From positions 1-64,000 of IMG/VR virus record IMGVR_UViG_3300001517_000002: a stretch of DNA of 64,000 bases; one strand, given 5' to 3'. Shown here in pieces: positions 49,801 to 58,953 of this stretch. The notes beneath the pieces are model-generated. The model was given only the letters and a program-made list of their open reading frames with translations, made no database searches and had not been told where the DNA came from. Both the position numbers and the translations under genes were made by a program. Every line of letters starts with the position of its first letter. Position 1 is the first letter of the stretch. Source of the DNA: a virus. Its lineage: Duplodnaviria; Caudoviricetes.

Positions 49801-50006
49801 ATATTCAGCTTTAAGTTAGAAGATATTGTATTTAATTGAGACTGTATACGCTGTGTTGTTTTTTTTAAATCAATATTACAGGTAATTTGTAATGCCCTAT
49901 TTGCATTAAGTTGCTCACTAACTGATTTTAAATCGTTCTGTATGGTACTGACCGTTTCTCTCTTTTGTAAGCCAGCAGTTATTACAATCTTACTATTATT
50001 TGCCAT
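43887..50006 (-). CDS. Tail tape measure protein (TP901-type core)
   Basis: 2039 aa, mostly helical/coiled coil, LDNAMVELRKV...AGKRQSN core, C-terminal GYSSGG..PELIL. Confidence 0.93.
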   Translation of the reverse strand: MANNSKIVITAGLQKRETVSTIQNDLKSVSEQLNANRALQITCNIDLKKTTQRIQSQLNTISSNLKLNIGNIDFDTRNTTTNVMSNIQNASQKTTKEVDKVSNSLRNLNDTFTKSFSALTTNGYTDANKNITLLEKRLAPLGEVSVKGLYSGKEGSDSENGSGKALDGLVATIKNARGELRTLRFEINETGNAFEYVSGTYNDSGVLKQAEQLTKFVDQYTSKLASLKANVGEDFAPNIKATLNNDIISFESFEQKLAELKNGKGNVEELRAEFVALNGAVKNLGSLLRGGDSSLNQFTNAINNARNFSNELKNLQVAYEGLNGLNQSETTFNSLAEAQQKLIDLQRTQSQDGYNEKWIRQYQELSILISQITSDIKLAKNLESQDASSSTKKQLEALREINAAYQKIQQYSKVTLSPSATNEEKGVAESYVTRYRQVVASTIERLQNEGLLTKEISQQIQEYDNLLIDAQNLAKAKLDGIALQQKEVELQRQSAQALKESERTAKNASAKITLDNRIARVSASLEDWSNKNKKVAQSTKLTSDGITTFAEKLKQLQSRLRSGNLSADDFKHLNEEIATFKKEADAANLTTNSFFRNMRVQLSQVLMQWISLQGAIRIVKSLVNEVITLDNAMVELRKVTEASDKEFEDFQKSAAITAKTLGASVSDVINATSTFSRAGFNLPDAEELGRVATLYKNVGDGIDIDSASESIISVMKAFNIEASEAERIIDRINNVSNNFAIDSGGLGLALQRVASAMSAANNTLDETIALTTVANEIVQNPEMVAQGWRTVALRIRGAKTELEEAGEDTEGMVESTAKLRELIKGISGVDIMIDENTFKSTYQIIEELGKVWNDISDIDQASLLEAIAGKRQSNIVAAALNNYERLDEVLDKSVNSTGSAMREQDEYAKSIQYSLDTLKAAYQEFAQTVVNSEFTKNLLGGAQKFLEILTKIVKVFGSFPTLMAGLGATLSMTKGVGVFGSIVDETNNANKQITLFGKTFKEIQNDIKSSDTKGLAKITGALKSTGAQAVATEIKVTALNAALSFGLSLAVSLLVQGIGKLVDKLFITEEELDEVRQNSIDTSNALRDSTESFIQEAESIEELVTQYKQVALSIDTTVDAKDKLSQIQTDLIDKFGEEAKGLDLVNGKYDEQLQKIDELSKAQYEQWRIENADKIKEAEIISSYNVTPYGYNPNNPQDFDIYGDFYLPKHDDLAKSLYVIEGVDESIQNIYDNVAGLQFEDGLFSNKLYLSGEIKDAKNQVEQLIEIYSQLDEVDKNTLEKLTKRYNHLNTELANTEYYMSEIRKFEAPDIEVIGEVSKENLNKLDTLYTSVEETRAKWFESTNEIESGFGKTVDTMTSALQTLANGEGLSNADFWKIMELDTDKIITDIKMVNGQYVLNQEQLMELKDQYINQQIASLETENQTLKTKKEQLQVTLDEAQAEVALLGARGLSNSAYRAEYQAALETIRKGKENLQEYGEQIKRNNIYITQWEQKLGNTVNITEALAAQQKRLNDEINQLNKDIDSINKEIDNRLKAQEYVIDNVISKHEEELSTLESEKQSLQDELDSLNEQKSALEDIIKQYDTVNSVVQNTIEKQKKALEDERKAIEDTYNKRIEALKTENEEREDALEYAQKLANLENARNNKRYVYDETRGYRYESVKEDVQNAQSDLDSFENARAIKELEKERDNELAKIDNQIELEEEYAEIWKVISEEIQTAEEELLAEQILGADWREQIANHDVDIMKKFKAEYKNHNAALKTLTNTEIKLKEEAIKAKDAEIKSKQEQINSWKNYKKQVEDAVSALKAKNGEYVQYLDTVKIDENSTLEQRTSNFETFKNKISGLVDDIGRKQSVIDSLSSALDNLSGGDYDINFFVSGLDNLREARDILDDMAIKSMEVITSQEMVERVLGGEMSLTDAVKAMREGKIRGYSSGGVVDETGVAMLHGRKNAPELILNARDSAKLYSLIHNTPNLIADTMLEANKLAGFKLNNNNNKSGVSIGAINVYANNPRELTRNLDKELDQYFRNKLTESYTGKQ

Positions 50007-50558
50007 TTAAGCACTACCCCCTTTCTTTTGAAAATCCAAATGAACATCTTGTCCATTCCATGTAGCTATAACATCATCTGAGGATATATACACACCGTAT
50101 GGATTTTGACGATTAAATTGTGCAATTGCTTTTTCTATGAAATGATAACCCTCATAATAAGTGAAGCGATTAATCCTATGCCCTATTCGTTTTTCCAGTT
50201 TTGGTGCATACCAACCAGAGTTAATTAAAATGGGAACATAAGACTGGTGAGTATGATTGAAATTAGGATGATTAGCCATAGAGTCCATAAAAGAAACACG
50301 AAGCTCTATTCTGTTTCCTTTTACTCTTGCTTGTAAAAAATTTTCAGCGTATAATGAATCCATAAAATCAAATGTACGTTCATACTCGATTGGTTTATAC
50401 GACAGATAATATTCTCTGATATAATTATCTAAAATCTGATAAAGATATTGAACAGCCCCTTCGAGATTTTCTTTTAAGGTTTTTCCGTTTTCCATTTTTA
50501 TTTCTGTTTGCAATATTTTTTCAAGTTGTTTCTCTATACTATCTGCCACATTTACCAC
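50007..50558 (-). CDS. Tail-associated protein
   Basis: Y-x-P-x2-YERT motif; upstream of tape measure. Confidence 0.55.
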   Translation of the reverse strand: MVNVADSIEKQLEKILQTEIKMENGKTLKENLEGAVQYLYQILDNYIREYYLSYKPIEYERTFDFMDSLYAENFLQARVKGNRIELRVSFMDSMANHPNFNHTHQSYVPILINSGWYAPKLEKRIGHRINRFTYYEGYHFIEKAIAQFNRQNPYGVYISSDDVIATWNGQDVHLDFQKKGGSA

Positions 50559-50559
50559 C

Positions 50560-51099
50560 TTACTTCTTTCTTTTTTTACCTATTACCGCATTAACAAAAG
50601 CTTTTTTATCTACTTTGTTAATTCCACTAAGAACTTCTTTCGCCAAAACAAGACTCTCGGTATTATCTGTGGTTATTATTGTTGATATATCTTCACAAAG
50701 CTTATCAAAAGAAGTTTTCTTAGTATTGATGCGATAATTAATCTGGTCAATAACAGCAGTCTCAATATCACTCCAGATTTCAAGATTAGTTACCTTACGT
50801 TCAATCTCAATAAACCACTGTCCCTGAGACAGCCCATAAATTTCGTTCACGCTATAATCAGAAATATCTAAATCGGTAAAGTATGTTATCATAGCATAAT
50901 GTGTAATAACGGGCTTTCTCCATGACTCATACTCTCCCTTTTCATTAAAACAACTATCTACGATAAGAGAAACAATTTCTGCAAAATCATCAGTAGTTAA
51001 TGTTGTAAATATATTGATAATTTCTCCCTTTATCTTTATAGGCTTACTTTTTTCTTCCTGACACTTTGCAATAATAGTATTAATCTTTGCCATATTCAA
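50560..51099 (-). CDS. Hypothetical tail-region protein (possible chaperone)
   Basis: Position in the tail operon. Confidence 0.5.
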   Translation of the reverse strand: MNMAKINTIIAKCQEEKSKPIKIKGEIINIFTTLTTDDFAEIVSLIVDSCFNEKGEYESWRKPVITHYAMITYFTDLDISDYSVNEIYGLSQGQWFIEIERKVTNLEIWSDIETAVIDQINYRINTKKTSFDKLCEDISTIITTDNTESLVLAKEVLSGINKVDKKAFVNAVIGKKRKK

Positions 51100-51647
51100 T
51101 TCTCCTTTTCTATTTCCGTTGCGTATCGTCCAAGAGCTATGCTATCAGACAAATCGTCAACTGTTATATCAAGACCATAATAGTCATTTACTTTCTTCAT
51201 AATATCTTTTTTACGTTCTGGACGTTTTATTGTTCTGTCATATGTGCCCCAAGTATTTATCCACTTACTTTCTTCAATTATTTTATATGGGATATTTAAG
51301 GTATGGCACAAATGAGCAATAAAACCCTGTAATCTACCCAGCGACTTATAGCCCTTTGGGTTTCCATTTTCAAAAATCTCCTCAAAATAAACTACATCAG
51401 GGGCAATTTTACGCAATTCCTTTTCAATAATATCTGTAATGAGCGTTGTTCTTAATAGCGTTATTTCATATTTCCACTCAGGCATATCAATAAAAAGTGT
51501 ACGCTTAGTCTTGTCGTAGACATAAGAAACTTCATCGATACGTTTCTTCTTTTTGGGTTTGATTAAGTAGTAATTAACAAGCTCTCCATTTTCAAATACA
51601 GACAACCCTGTTGCGGTTGTACTTTGGTCTAAAGCAATAATTGTCAT
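51096..51647 (-). CDS. RuvC-like Holliday junction resolvase
   Basis: IALDQSTTATG, VYFEE, DDLSDSIALG acidic triad. Confidence 0.8.
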   Translation of the reverse strand: MTIIALDQSTTATGLSVFENGELVNYYLIKPKKKKRIDEVSYVYDKTKRTLFIDMPEWKYEITLLRTTLITDIIEKELRKIAPDVVYFEEIFENGNPKGYKSLGRLQGFIAHLCHTLNIPYKIIEESKWINTWGTYDRTIKRPERKKDIMKKVNDYYGLDITVDDLSDSIALGRYATEIEKEN

Positions 51648-51662
51648 TTATTCCTCCCTTAT

Positions 51663-51702
51663 AAAAAAAATAGGGGTAAGCCAAATTGTATGACTTACCC
51701 CT
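51663..51702 (-). terminator. Terminator after the major tail gene pair
   Basis: AGGGGTAAG/CTTACCCCT stem plus 8-nt U-run on the - strand. Confidence 0.7.
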
Positions 51703-51706
51703 TTCA

Positions 51707-52033
51707 TTATTCTATTTCTTCGTTATTTGTATCTTCTTTTGGTTTGGGCTTTGAAACTCTTTTAGGAGTGCCTTTTGAAATAATTTTCTTAATATCTCTT
51801 GACACAGCTTCAAGGTACGGCATTTCACTATCAATTGAAATACCGAGACTTGCAAAGGCTTCAGCCGTTTCTTTAGCATTTGTAACTCCTTCACGATACT
51901 CTCTGAGAAGATGTACAATTTGATAATGCTCTGGAGAACAAGTTATTGCCCTCCAACTTCCAATTTCCCCACAAGAACGACAATAGTGATAGCCCTTACC
52001 ACAAATCTGACAATAAGCGTTTATTTCAGCCAT
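51707..52033 (-). CDS. Cys-rich tail-region protein
   Basis: CQICGKGYHYCRSC...CSPEH. Confidence 0.65.
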   Translation of the reverse strand: MAEINAYCQICGKGYHYCRSCGEIGSWRAITCSPEHYQIVHLLREYREGVTNAKETAEAFASLGISIDSEMPYLEAVSRDIKKIISKGTPKRVSKPKPKEDTNNEEIE

Positions 52034-52046
52034 TTAAATCTCACCA

Positions 52047-52883
52047 TCAAGGAGTCTCAGGGAGTGTGGGGAATACCACTCTAAAGAGCTGTTTGTTCTC
52101 GTCACAATAATCCTGCTGAGCGGAGAACGAGAAGGGGAATGTATCTGTCTTGCCAAAGCTTGCAGTTACAGAAGCAGAGAGCTGCGCCTTGGGGAAGATG
52201 GTATAACCAGCAAGAGCTGCGCCACAAGCTGTTTCAAAAAGTCCCTCTACAACAATCTCAATGTCCTTGGGGAACTTATCAGCAGAGTTAATGATTGCAA
52301 CACAGTCCTCGGAATTGAAGTCATATTCCACAAAGAGCTTATCGCCTTCCTTTATGTCTCCGTCTGCAAAAGTAAGTGTCTTTGTACCAGAGGTATAAGT
52401 AAATACTCCGTCAGACGCAGCCTGACCAAGTTTGAAAATTTTCTTAGGATAATCGTCTTTGCCAAGAATACAAACTGAAATCTTATACTCAGGAACAGAC
52501 TCAGTTCCAACATTAGCAGCGGCATACTTGAGGGTATACTCAGTTAAAGTATCTCCTGCCTTATATGTCTTTACAGGGTCAGAAATAGGAACTATAATTC
52601 CATTACCAGTAGTGCCGAATGTCTTACCCTCGCCATTAAGTTGCTGAGAATAAAGGTCAAGATTCCAGAAGGTTTCGTCACCAGTAAACTGACCTGTCTT
52701 TGCGTTCATCCAACGCTTAATAGGAGTACCCTCTGCATCGTTCTTTACAACTTCCTGTGCATCGCACTGTAATGAACCATTTGATACCTTTCCAGTGATA
52801 AAAAGAATCTCGGCAGTTGTACGGTCACGACCAACAATACGCTGAATTATATCAGGAATAACACCTGTTACATTTGTAGCCAT
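52047..52883 (-). CDS. Major tail tube protein
   Basis: Strong RBS, highly-expressed codon usage, position. Confidence 0.7.
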   Translation of the reverse strand: MATNVTGVIPDIIQRIVGRDRTTAEILFITGKVSNGSLQCDAQEVVKNDAEGTPIKRWMNAKTGQFTGDETFWNLDLYSQQLNGEGKTFGTTGNGIIVPISDPVKTYKAGDTLTEYTLKYAAANVGTESVPEYKISVCILGKDDYPKKIFKLGQAASDGVFTYTSGTKTLTFADGDIKEGDKLFVEYDFNSEDCVAIINSADKFPKDIEIVVEGLFETACGAALAGYTIFPKAQLSASVTASFGKTDTFPFSFSAQQDYCDENKQLFRVVFPTLPETP

Positions 52884-52906
52884 GTAATCACTTTCCTTTC
52901 TTTTTT

Positions 52907-53626
52907 TTAACTGACTTCTCTTAGCCAATTAAATTCATTTTTGTTTATTTTACTCATATCCAGATTGCCAGAATAAGCTCCAATGCAAAGATGGTTTGAG
53001 TTTTCTATTATATTAATGCTTGACACGGAATCATAAAAAGCATATATTTTCATGTCCCACACCTCGTCAAGCCTGTATTTAAAATATGGATGATTGGTTA
53101 TTCTTGAAATAGCTGTTTTTAAAATTGACTTAGGTTTTCTTCTCTTTGCAAGCTCTAAGTCATTATGAGCATATTCAATCATTTTTTGTTTCGTATAATC
53201 ATTTGCCACTTTTGTAAATTTAGGAGGAGACAACATATTAATTTTCCGTATGTACTCGACAATATCAGAATATGTTTGTTCATCAATAACAATATCATAG
53301 TAATGCAATTCTAACTTATCATTACAATTCACCAACCTAAATTTACTGAAATCAATTTCACCAAAAAGTAGTTTTGTACTCTGATAGTCTAATGATTGAT
53401 ATAATACGCAGAATAATTGATAACTGGTTATTTTTGTAAAATCAATTTTCATATCATCTAATTGAGCGATAACATCAAATGGTGTACAAGTAAATGTTGA
53501 AATCATCGCATAATATTTATCCTCACCCAATTTTTCTATTTCACCAAGAGTGGGTTGACGTATCAAAATTTTGTCATTTATTTGATAGTCACGACCTCGA
53601 AGCATACTTAATGTTTCAACTACCAT
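52907..53626 (-). CDS. Tail assembly protein (putative)
   Basis: Position upstream of the tail tube gene. Confidence 0.5.
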   Translation of the reverse strand: MVVETLSMLRGRDYQINDKILIRQPTLGEIEKLGEDKYYAMISTFTCTPFDVIAQLDDMKIDFTKITSYQLFCVLYQSLDYQSTKLLFGEIDFSKFRLVNCNDKLELHYYDIVIDEQTYSDIVEYIRKINMLSPPKFTKVANDYTKQKMIEYAHNDLELAKRRKPKSILKTAISRITNHPYFKYRLDEVWDMKIYAFYDSVSSINIIENSNHLCIGAYSGNLDMSKINKNEFNWLREVS

Positions 53627-54125
53627 TACTATCACACATTTCTTTATTGAAATCTAAAACTTCAAATATTATTTCACGTTGGCGATAGGTGTCATTAAGA
53701 CTTCTTGGCATATTAGATACTCTTTGCAAAGTCCCTATTCCAGCAATATGCTTTCCGTTGAATTTCTTGTTAATTAGCTGAGAAATATAATCTATACGAA
53801 CAGCAGATTGCCCAGCAGTTTCCATACGCATGACACTTTGATGAGCGACAACATAAATATAAACTATACACTTGTCATATACTATATCATTCTTGAATGT
53901 ATTAAATCGGTCTTGAACAGCTTCAACTCCGATTTCAACAAATATATATGTTTTGGCATCTTCCTGTGTTGGAATGATATAGTAATAGGGGAATAGTCGC
54001 ACATACGTCAAATCTTCTTTGTCCTCATTTTCATTAATATCCAACGAATTTACTATTGCTTCGTCTTGCTGAAGCTGTTCGATTATCTTATTTTTAAAAG
54101 TGGTAATAATCTTATCATTAGCCAT
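53616..54125 (-). CDS. Tail completion/terminator-like protein
   Basis: Size and neck-module position. Confidence 0.5.
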   Translation of the reverse strand: MANDKIITTFKNKIIEQLQQDEAIVNSLDINENEDKEDLTYVRLFPYYYIIPTQEDAKTYIFVEIGVEAVQDRFNTFKNDIVYDKCIVYIYVVAHQSVMRMETAGQSAVRIDYISQLINKKFNGKHIAGIGTLQRVSNMPRSLNDTYRQREIIFEVLDFNKEMCDSNGS

Positions 54126-54126
54126 G

Positions 54127-55167
54127 TTAGATACCACCCTTCACTGTAATTAATAGTTCACTTGATTGTGTACCATCGTTTGCAATCAACTTAAAACTAC
54201 TTCCCACTATATCTGTGTTATTTGATTGCACATGAATTGAGCATGAATATTCATCGACTATGGTAAGTTCTATGTAGTCTTTCCATTTGTCAACTACAAG
54301 CAAACTAAAATTAGCACTGCTATCAGTTTTAAATGTTTTAGTTCTGCCTATTCTAATTTCTGGTTTTCCAGAATATGAAATAACAATAGGGACAGTAGGC
54401 TCTGGAATAGAATTTGGGTCTATATAGTCACACAGCATTAAATCAATTCTATCAGTCTGAGGATTAAATTCATGTTCCGTAAATGTAATTCTCATAATAC
54501 GCATTTCATTATATGAATATGGTACTTTTGACATTGATGTAATAATGTAAGTGTCAGGATGTTTTTTTGAAATATCAATAAACATTCTCTTATCTCGCTG
54601 TAATTCCGCAGTTATTTCATCAAGCGACAACCAACTCATCAACTGAATATAACCAGTTTGAATAATATTATTTGCCGTTTCGACACCAGTATTATATTGA
54701 GTTGCATCTGCGGTATAAGAAGGATAATAATAAATTACTCCTGTCTCACTGTCTTGCCATTTTAAAGTATAATTACATTCATGAACAACAGCTTTTGTAT
54801 ATATAGTGTCGCTGTCTGGCATAGCCATAATAATATATATCTGCCAGTTCTGTTTTGTATCTTTTATTTTGATATACTTATAATCAGCTACAAAATCACT
54901 TATTCGTGTAAGAACTTGTCTTTTCCAGCCTTGAGTATAAGCATCAAAGGTCTTGTTCTGGACAACTGCTTTTGTTGGGTATTCCGTTTCAAACAATCCA
55001 GTTTCACCATTGTATTGACCTTTACAAAAGATAACATCTTCTCCTAAAGGTGTTTCAGTTAAATCTTCATCAAAAGCGTCAATAACCCAATCATTCCATT
55101 CTTCATCTTCTAAACCGTTATTTATTGTTGGTTGCGGATTAATAAGATACCAACCTTGCGAATCCAT
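54127..55167 (-). CDS. Head closure/neck protein (putative)
   Basis: CNYTLKW motif; neck-module position. Confidence 0.5.
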   Translation of the reverse strand: MDSQGWYLINPQPTINNGLEDEEWNDWVIDAFDEDLTETPLGEDVIFCKGQYNGETGLFETEYPTKAVVQNKTFDAYTQGWKRQVLTRISDFVADYKYIKIKDTKQNWQIYIIMAMPDSDTIYTKAVVHECNYTLKWQDSETGVIYYYPSYTADATQYNTGVETANNIIQTGYIQLMSWLSLDEITAELQRDKRMFIDISKKHPDTYIITSMSKVPYSYNEMRIMRITFTEHEFNPQTDRIDLMLCDYIDPNSIPEPTVPIVISYSGKPEIRIGRTKTFKTDSSANFSLLVVDKWKDYIELTIVDEYSCSIHVQSNNTDIVGSSFKLIANDGTQSSELLITVKGGI

Positions 55168-55181
55168 ACTAATCACCCCAA

Positions 55182-55577
55182 TCAATCAAAAGCATGAGTT
55201 TTCTGTTTATGGAGGAACTCTTGGACTCGTTGCTGCTGGAATACCAAATCTTTATAAGTTACATTCTTAGAAGCATCGCTACCAGTTAATTGAATATCCT
55301 TACCTCGAAATCCATTTATCTTTTCTGCTCTTGACAACTCTCTTGTAAGATACTCTTGGTACATAAGAAGTCCTAACGTATACACAACATTACTTTTGAG
55401 CTTTGAATCAAATTTAGAACTATCCATATCGTAACCAAGTTCATCAATATCTAATTCGTATTGAGCCAAAGCAGAGCTAAACCATTCGTCCTCCAGCCCA
55501 TCTGGTAACAGCTTTTTAGCCATTGGGTGAGAACGAAAGCTTTGGATAACATCATCTTTTGTAGTTACGTCACCCAA
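55182..55577 (-). CDS. Head-tail adaptor (putative)
   Basis: Size and position. Confidence 0.5.
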   Translation of the reverse strand: MGDVTTKDDVIQSFRSHPMAKKLLPDGLEDEWFSSALAQYELDIDELGYDMDSSKFDSKLKSNVVYTLGLLMYQEYLTRELSRAEKINGFRGKDIQLTGSDASKNVTYKDLVFQQQRVQEFLHKQKTHAFD

Positions 55578-55594
55578 TGTTAATCACCACCTTA

Positions 55595-56065
55595 TTATTC
55601 GCTATCTTCTGTATTCAGCGGAATACCTGTGTATTTTTCAACGAACTTAATCTTATTATAATCATTTACCCCAAGCTTGCGCATAGTCTCGATAAGGAAC
55701 TTCTTTTCTGGTAAGGTAGTAACAAGCTTTTTAATGGTGCTCTCAAACTGTGTCTTACCCTTGATTTTAAATGCTTCTTCTATCTTATCTTCGTTAGTAA
55801 TAGACTGCTCAGAATCCTCAGTGTCAAAACCAACATAAACTCTTGTTTCCTTATCATCAATATATATATAAGGATGGGAATGGTCATTATTTTCGCCACA
55901 GAACTTTACACTTCCTGATTGCACCTGAGAAACTACTTCTGCTCTATCTATAAGAATTGATGTACGAGGAGGAATATTAACCTCTCCTTGTCCGTTGATT
56001 CTTATAAATCCCACAGGAAATGTTGTTAAGTTTTTAATTGTAATATTTGTGTTCATGTCTAACAT
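55595..56065 (-). CDS. Hypothetical head-region protein
   Basis: GGAGG RBS before ATG 56065. Confidence 0.55.
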   Translation of the reverse strand: MLDMNTNITIKNLTTFPVGFIRINGQGEVNIPPRTSILIDRAEVVSQVQSGSVKFCGENNDHSHPYIYIDDKETRVYVGFDTEDSEQSITNEDKIEEAFKIKGKTQFESTIKKLVTTLPEKKFLIETMRKLGVNDYNKIKFVEKYTGIPLNTEDSE

Positions 56066-56122
56066 TAAACAAAATCCTCCTTGATATTTTAGGGGCGGCA
56101 TTTACCGCCCCATTGATTTTTA

Positions 56123-57208
56123 TTATGATGCTGTATCAATAAGACCAATCTTATACTCCTCACCCTTTGCAATATCAGCAGCAACCTCAAGGTCATATCT
56201 TGTAAGAATCTTACCAGTTGTCGCATCATTTGCTGTAAAGCTTGTAAGACCACCACGAGTCCAGAGCTTGATAGGAGAAGCTATACCATTGGGAACTACA
56301 TAGATATATCTATCGTCCATAATCTTGTCGAACCAATTATTAGCATTAACTGAGGTAAGGTCATAGGCATTATCCATACCGTATACCAGTGCGCCCATAA
56401 TGCTTGAAACATAACCATTATTCTTAATCTCGTTCATTGCCTCCTGAGAGATATTGAGATAAGGGGTTGCCTGTGCATCTGCATATGTAGCAATGGTATT
56501 CAGCTTTGTAACAGCAGAAGTATCACCTACAAGAGTTACACGACCAAAGGGACGAGCCTTATTGATAACTTCCTGCACTCCCTGTCTTGTAACACCAAGA
56601 ACAGCGTTCTTAATATTCGCATTTGTAACAGCATTAATAACCTTGTCAAACGCATAAGCCTTTGCCTTGTTCATCATATCTGTCTGGATGTTCTGAATAA
56701 GAGTATTCTCGGAACTCATATCACCATACTGAGCCTTACGATAATCAACCTCGTAACCAGCAGCAAGAGAAGTTGAAGGCACACCATACTCATCTTCGTA
56801 GTTAAAGCTGAAAGGAACATCACCATTGAGAGCCTGTCCTCTTGTATTAATGCTCTGCTTTGTTACCTTGCGCTTAATGTCCTCGCCGTAGCCAAGCTGC
56901 TCAAAGTCTCCAAAGAATCCCAGAAGCTTAATTTCCTCAAGTACAAGGGGGCTTACAACCAGTGTTCTGATAGCATTAAGCTCAGAAATAGCAGAAGTAT
57001 CACCACCCTCGGCTTTTGCGTTCAGTTCCTTAATATAATTTCTACACTTGTTACCAACAGGCTTACCCTCTCCGTCTTTAATAGAGTCAATGGACTGTCC
57101 ATTGACCATAGCACTATAAGCCTTTACAACAGGAGACTGTGAATTAAGCTCACTAACGACCTTATCTTTGCGACTATTAGTCATTTCATTAAGTTCATAT
57201 CTTCTCAT
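56123..57208 (-). CDS. Major capsid protein
   Basis: 361 aa, highly-expressed codon usage, follows scaffold and decoration genes. Confidence 0.75.
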   Translation of the reverse strand: MRRYELNEMTNSRKDKVVSELNSQSPVVKAYSAMVNGQSIDSIKDGEGKPVGNKCRNYIKELNAKAEGGDTSAISELNAIRTLVVSPLVLEEIKLLGFFGDFEQLGYGEDIKRKVTKQSINTRGQALNGDVPFSFNYEDEYGVPSTSLAAGYEVDYRKAQYGDMSSENTLIQNIQTDMMNKAKAYAFDKVINAVTNANIKNAVLGVTRQGVQEVINKARPFGRVTLVGDTSAVTKLNTIATYADAQATPYLNISQEAMNEIKNNGYVSSIMGALVYGMDNAYDLTSVNANNWFDKIMDDRYIYVVPNGIASPIKLWTRGGLTSFTANDATTGKILTRYDLEVAADIAKGEEYKIGLIDTAS

Positions 57209-57233
57209 ATCCTTATCATTCCTTTCTTAAAAA

Positions 57234-57683
57234 TTATTCAGCAATGGTTACAAGAACTCTTACACCTATAGTAAGGAGCTTCATAACCTTAAAGCAAATG
57301 TCACCAGTAGTTGCGGTATCTTTCTTAAACTTAAATGTAGTAGCGTCAAATGTAAGTGTATCTCCTACTGCAATATCGCCAAATGTACCTTCTATATTCT
57401 CCTTTGTTACATCAAGCTCCATACCTTCCCACTTAGAGAGCTTAAAGAGATTTACATACTCTCCCTGTGCGATAGGATAAGTAAGAGCGTACTCCTTATC
57501 ACCAACCTGAGTATTAAGAACAATATAAAGTTCCTCGCCACTTGCAGGAGCTTTAGTTACCTTTGAAGCACCTGTATATGTAAGACCAACAAGTGCGCCA
57601 TTAATCATATCTGCGTGTGCTGTAACATTAGGGTAGCTATCACCAAAATGTTCAATCATCTTCATAGTATGTACCTTTACCAT
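57234..57683 (-). CDS. Capsid decoration/cement protein (putative)
   Basis: Small beta protein between scaffold and MCP. Confidence 0.6.
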   Translation of the reverse strand: MVKVHTMKMIEHFGDSYPNVTAHADMINGALVGLTYTGASKVTKAPASGEELYIVLNTQVGDKEYALTYPIAQGEYVNLFKLSKWEGMELDVTKENIEGTFGDIAVGDTLTFDATTFKFKKDTATTGDICFKVMKLLTIGVRVLVTIAE

Positions 57684-57704
57684 ATTAAAACCTTCCTTTC
57701 TTAA

Positions 57705-58892
57705 TTAATAAATAGAACCTTCGTCTGAATTTGTTGTGTTTGTTTTTGCTCTAAAGACTTCACCATAAATGTCGCCATTTGCAGAATTAAGCTCAACGGT
57801 GGTATCTTCTTTCTTTTCTACTGACTTCATACCAATGCCACGATAAATAGCATCAATTACTGTATTAATCTCAACATTAACAGGGTCAGCCTTGAACTTT
57901 TCAATCTCATCCTTTGCATACTCCTTCTGCTCATCTGTAAATCCTGCGATAGCAGAATTAAGTTCGCCAAGTCTCTCCTTTGCCTTTGCCTCACCAAGTG
58001 CAACTTCGAGTGCTCTCTTTTCCTCCCAAGCACCGTCAAGCTCCTTGGACTTCTGGTCAATCTCAGCCCTAACCGCATCAAGTGCAGACTGAATTTCAGC
58101 AACAGAAGCGTTAAGTTCCGCAATCTTGGAATCCTTATCTGTTATAATCTGATTAAGCTCTGTAATCTTTGCCTCATACTCGGCATTTTTAGCATTAGTC
58201 TCTGATACTGCAACCTTTACGGAATCAGTAATCATAGCAAGTGTCTCTTTATCCATTTTGTTAACCTCACTTTCTTTATTCTTGTTTTTATTCAAAGAAG
58301 CGGCTTCTAATACAATTGCATTTTCATCAGCTTCTTTAACACTTAAAATAGCAGTACCACTGAAATCAAACACCATAGGTATTCTGTATTCGTCAGTAGC
58401 CTCACCTTCGTATATAATTTGGTAGTCATTTTCTTCTTTTCCAGTTAATTCAATAGAAGATTTTATAACATTTGTCTGTAAATTGTTCTTGAGCCATTTT
58501 ACAAAGTTGGGATAGCGTTGGTCAAATAAATAACCTTCTCCAACTAAAAGCTTTTTATCAGAGCCATTTACATTAATCATTTCTAACTGTGCTTTTTCAA
58601 TTACTCCAACTACATCCGAATCTTGAAATATAGGCACTGAATTACCCTTACCATCTTCAATCTGGTCAGTATACCCATGTCCTAAAGGTACTGTTTTTGT
58701 ATCATCTGTAAACTCACAGCATATTGGCATATTAATAGCGGTTTCCAGATTGTTAAGGACATATTTTTCCTTCCAATGGAGTCCGTTACCTTGTGTATCT
58801 TCTTCATTTTCATGTATGGTGAGAAGTGCCATCTTTATATACCTTCTGCCACTTTTAGTACGTTTACTTCCCATTTCAATAATTGTATTCAC
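57705..58892 (-). CDS. Prohead protease/scaffold
   Basis: GHG...SSIE protease-like N-domain plus C-terminal coiled coil. Confidence 0.7.
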   Translation of the reverse strand: MNTIIEMGSKRTKSGRRYIKMALLTIHENEEDTQGNGLHWKEKYVLNNLETAINMPICCEFTDDTKTVPLGHGYTDQIEDGKGNSVPIFQDSDVVGVIEKAQLEMINVNGSDKKLLVGEGYLFDQRYPNFVKWLKNNLQTNVIKSSIELTGKEENDYQIIYEGEATDEYRIPMVFDFSGTAILSVKEADENAIVLEAASLNKNKNKESEVNKMDKETLAMITDSVKVAVSETNAKNAEYEAKITELNQIITDKDSKIAELNASVAEIQSALDAVRAEIDQKSKELDGAWEEKRALEVALGEAKAKERLGELNSAIAGFTDEQKEYAKDEIEKFKADPVNVEINTVIDAIYRGIGMKSVEKKEDTTVELNSANGDIYGEVFRAKTNTTNSDEGSIY

Positions 58893-58920
58893 GTTCTCAC
58901 CACCTCTCATGTGCTATAAT

Positions 58921-58953
58921 AAAAAGGACTTGCTGTATTATAGCAAGTCTCTT
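58921..58953 (-). terminator. Hairpin between portal and protease genes
   Basis: GACTTGCT/AGCAAGTC stem with A-run. Confidence 0.45.

Noticed and set aside
50550-50580. Slippery A-run at the end of 50560-51099 as a tail-chaperone -1 frameshift
   Set aside because: The -1 frame hits a stop within about six codons and does not join the downstream ORF.
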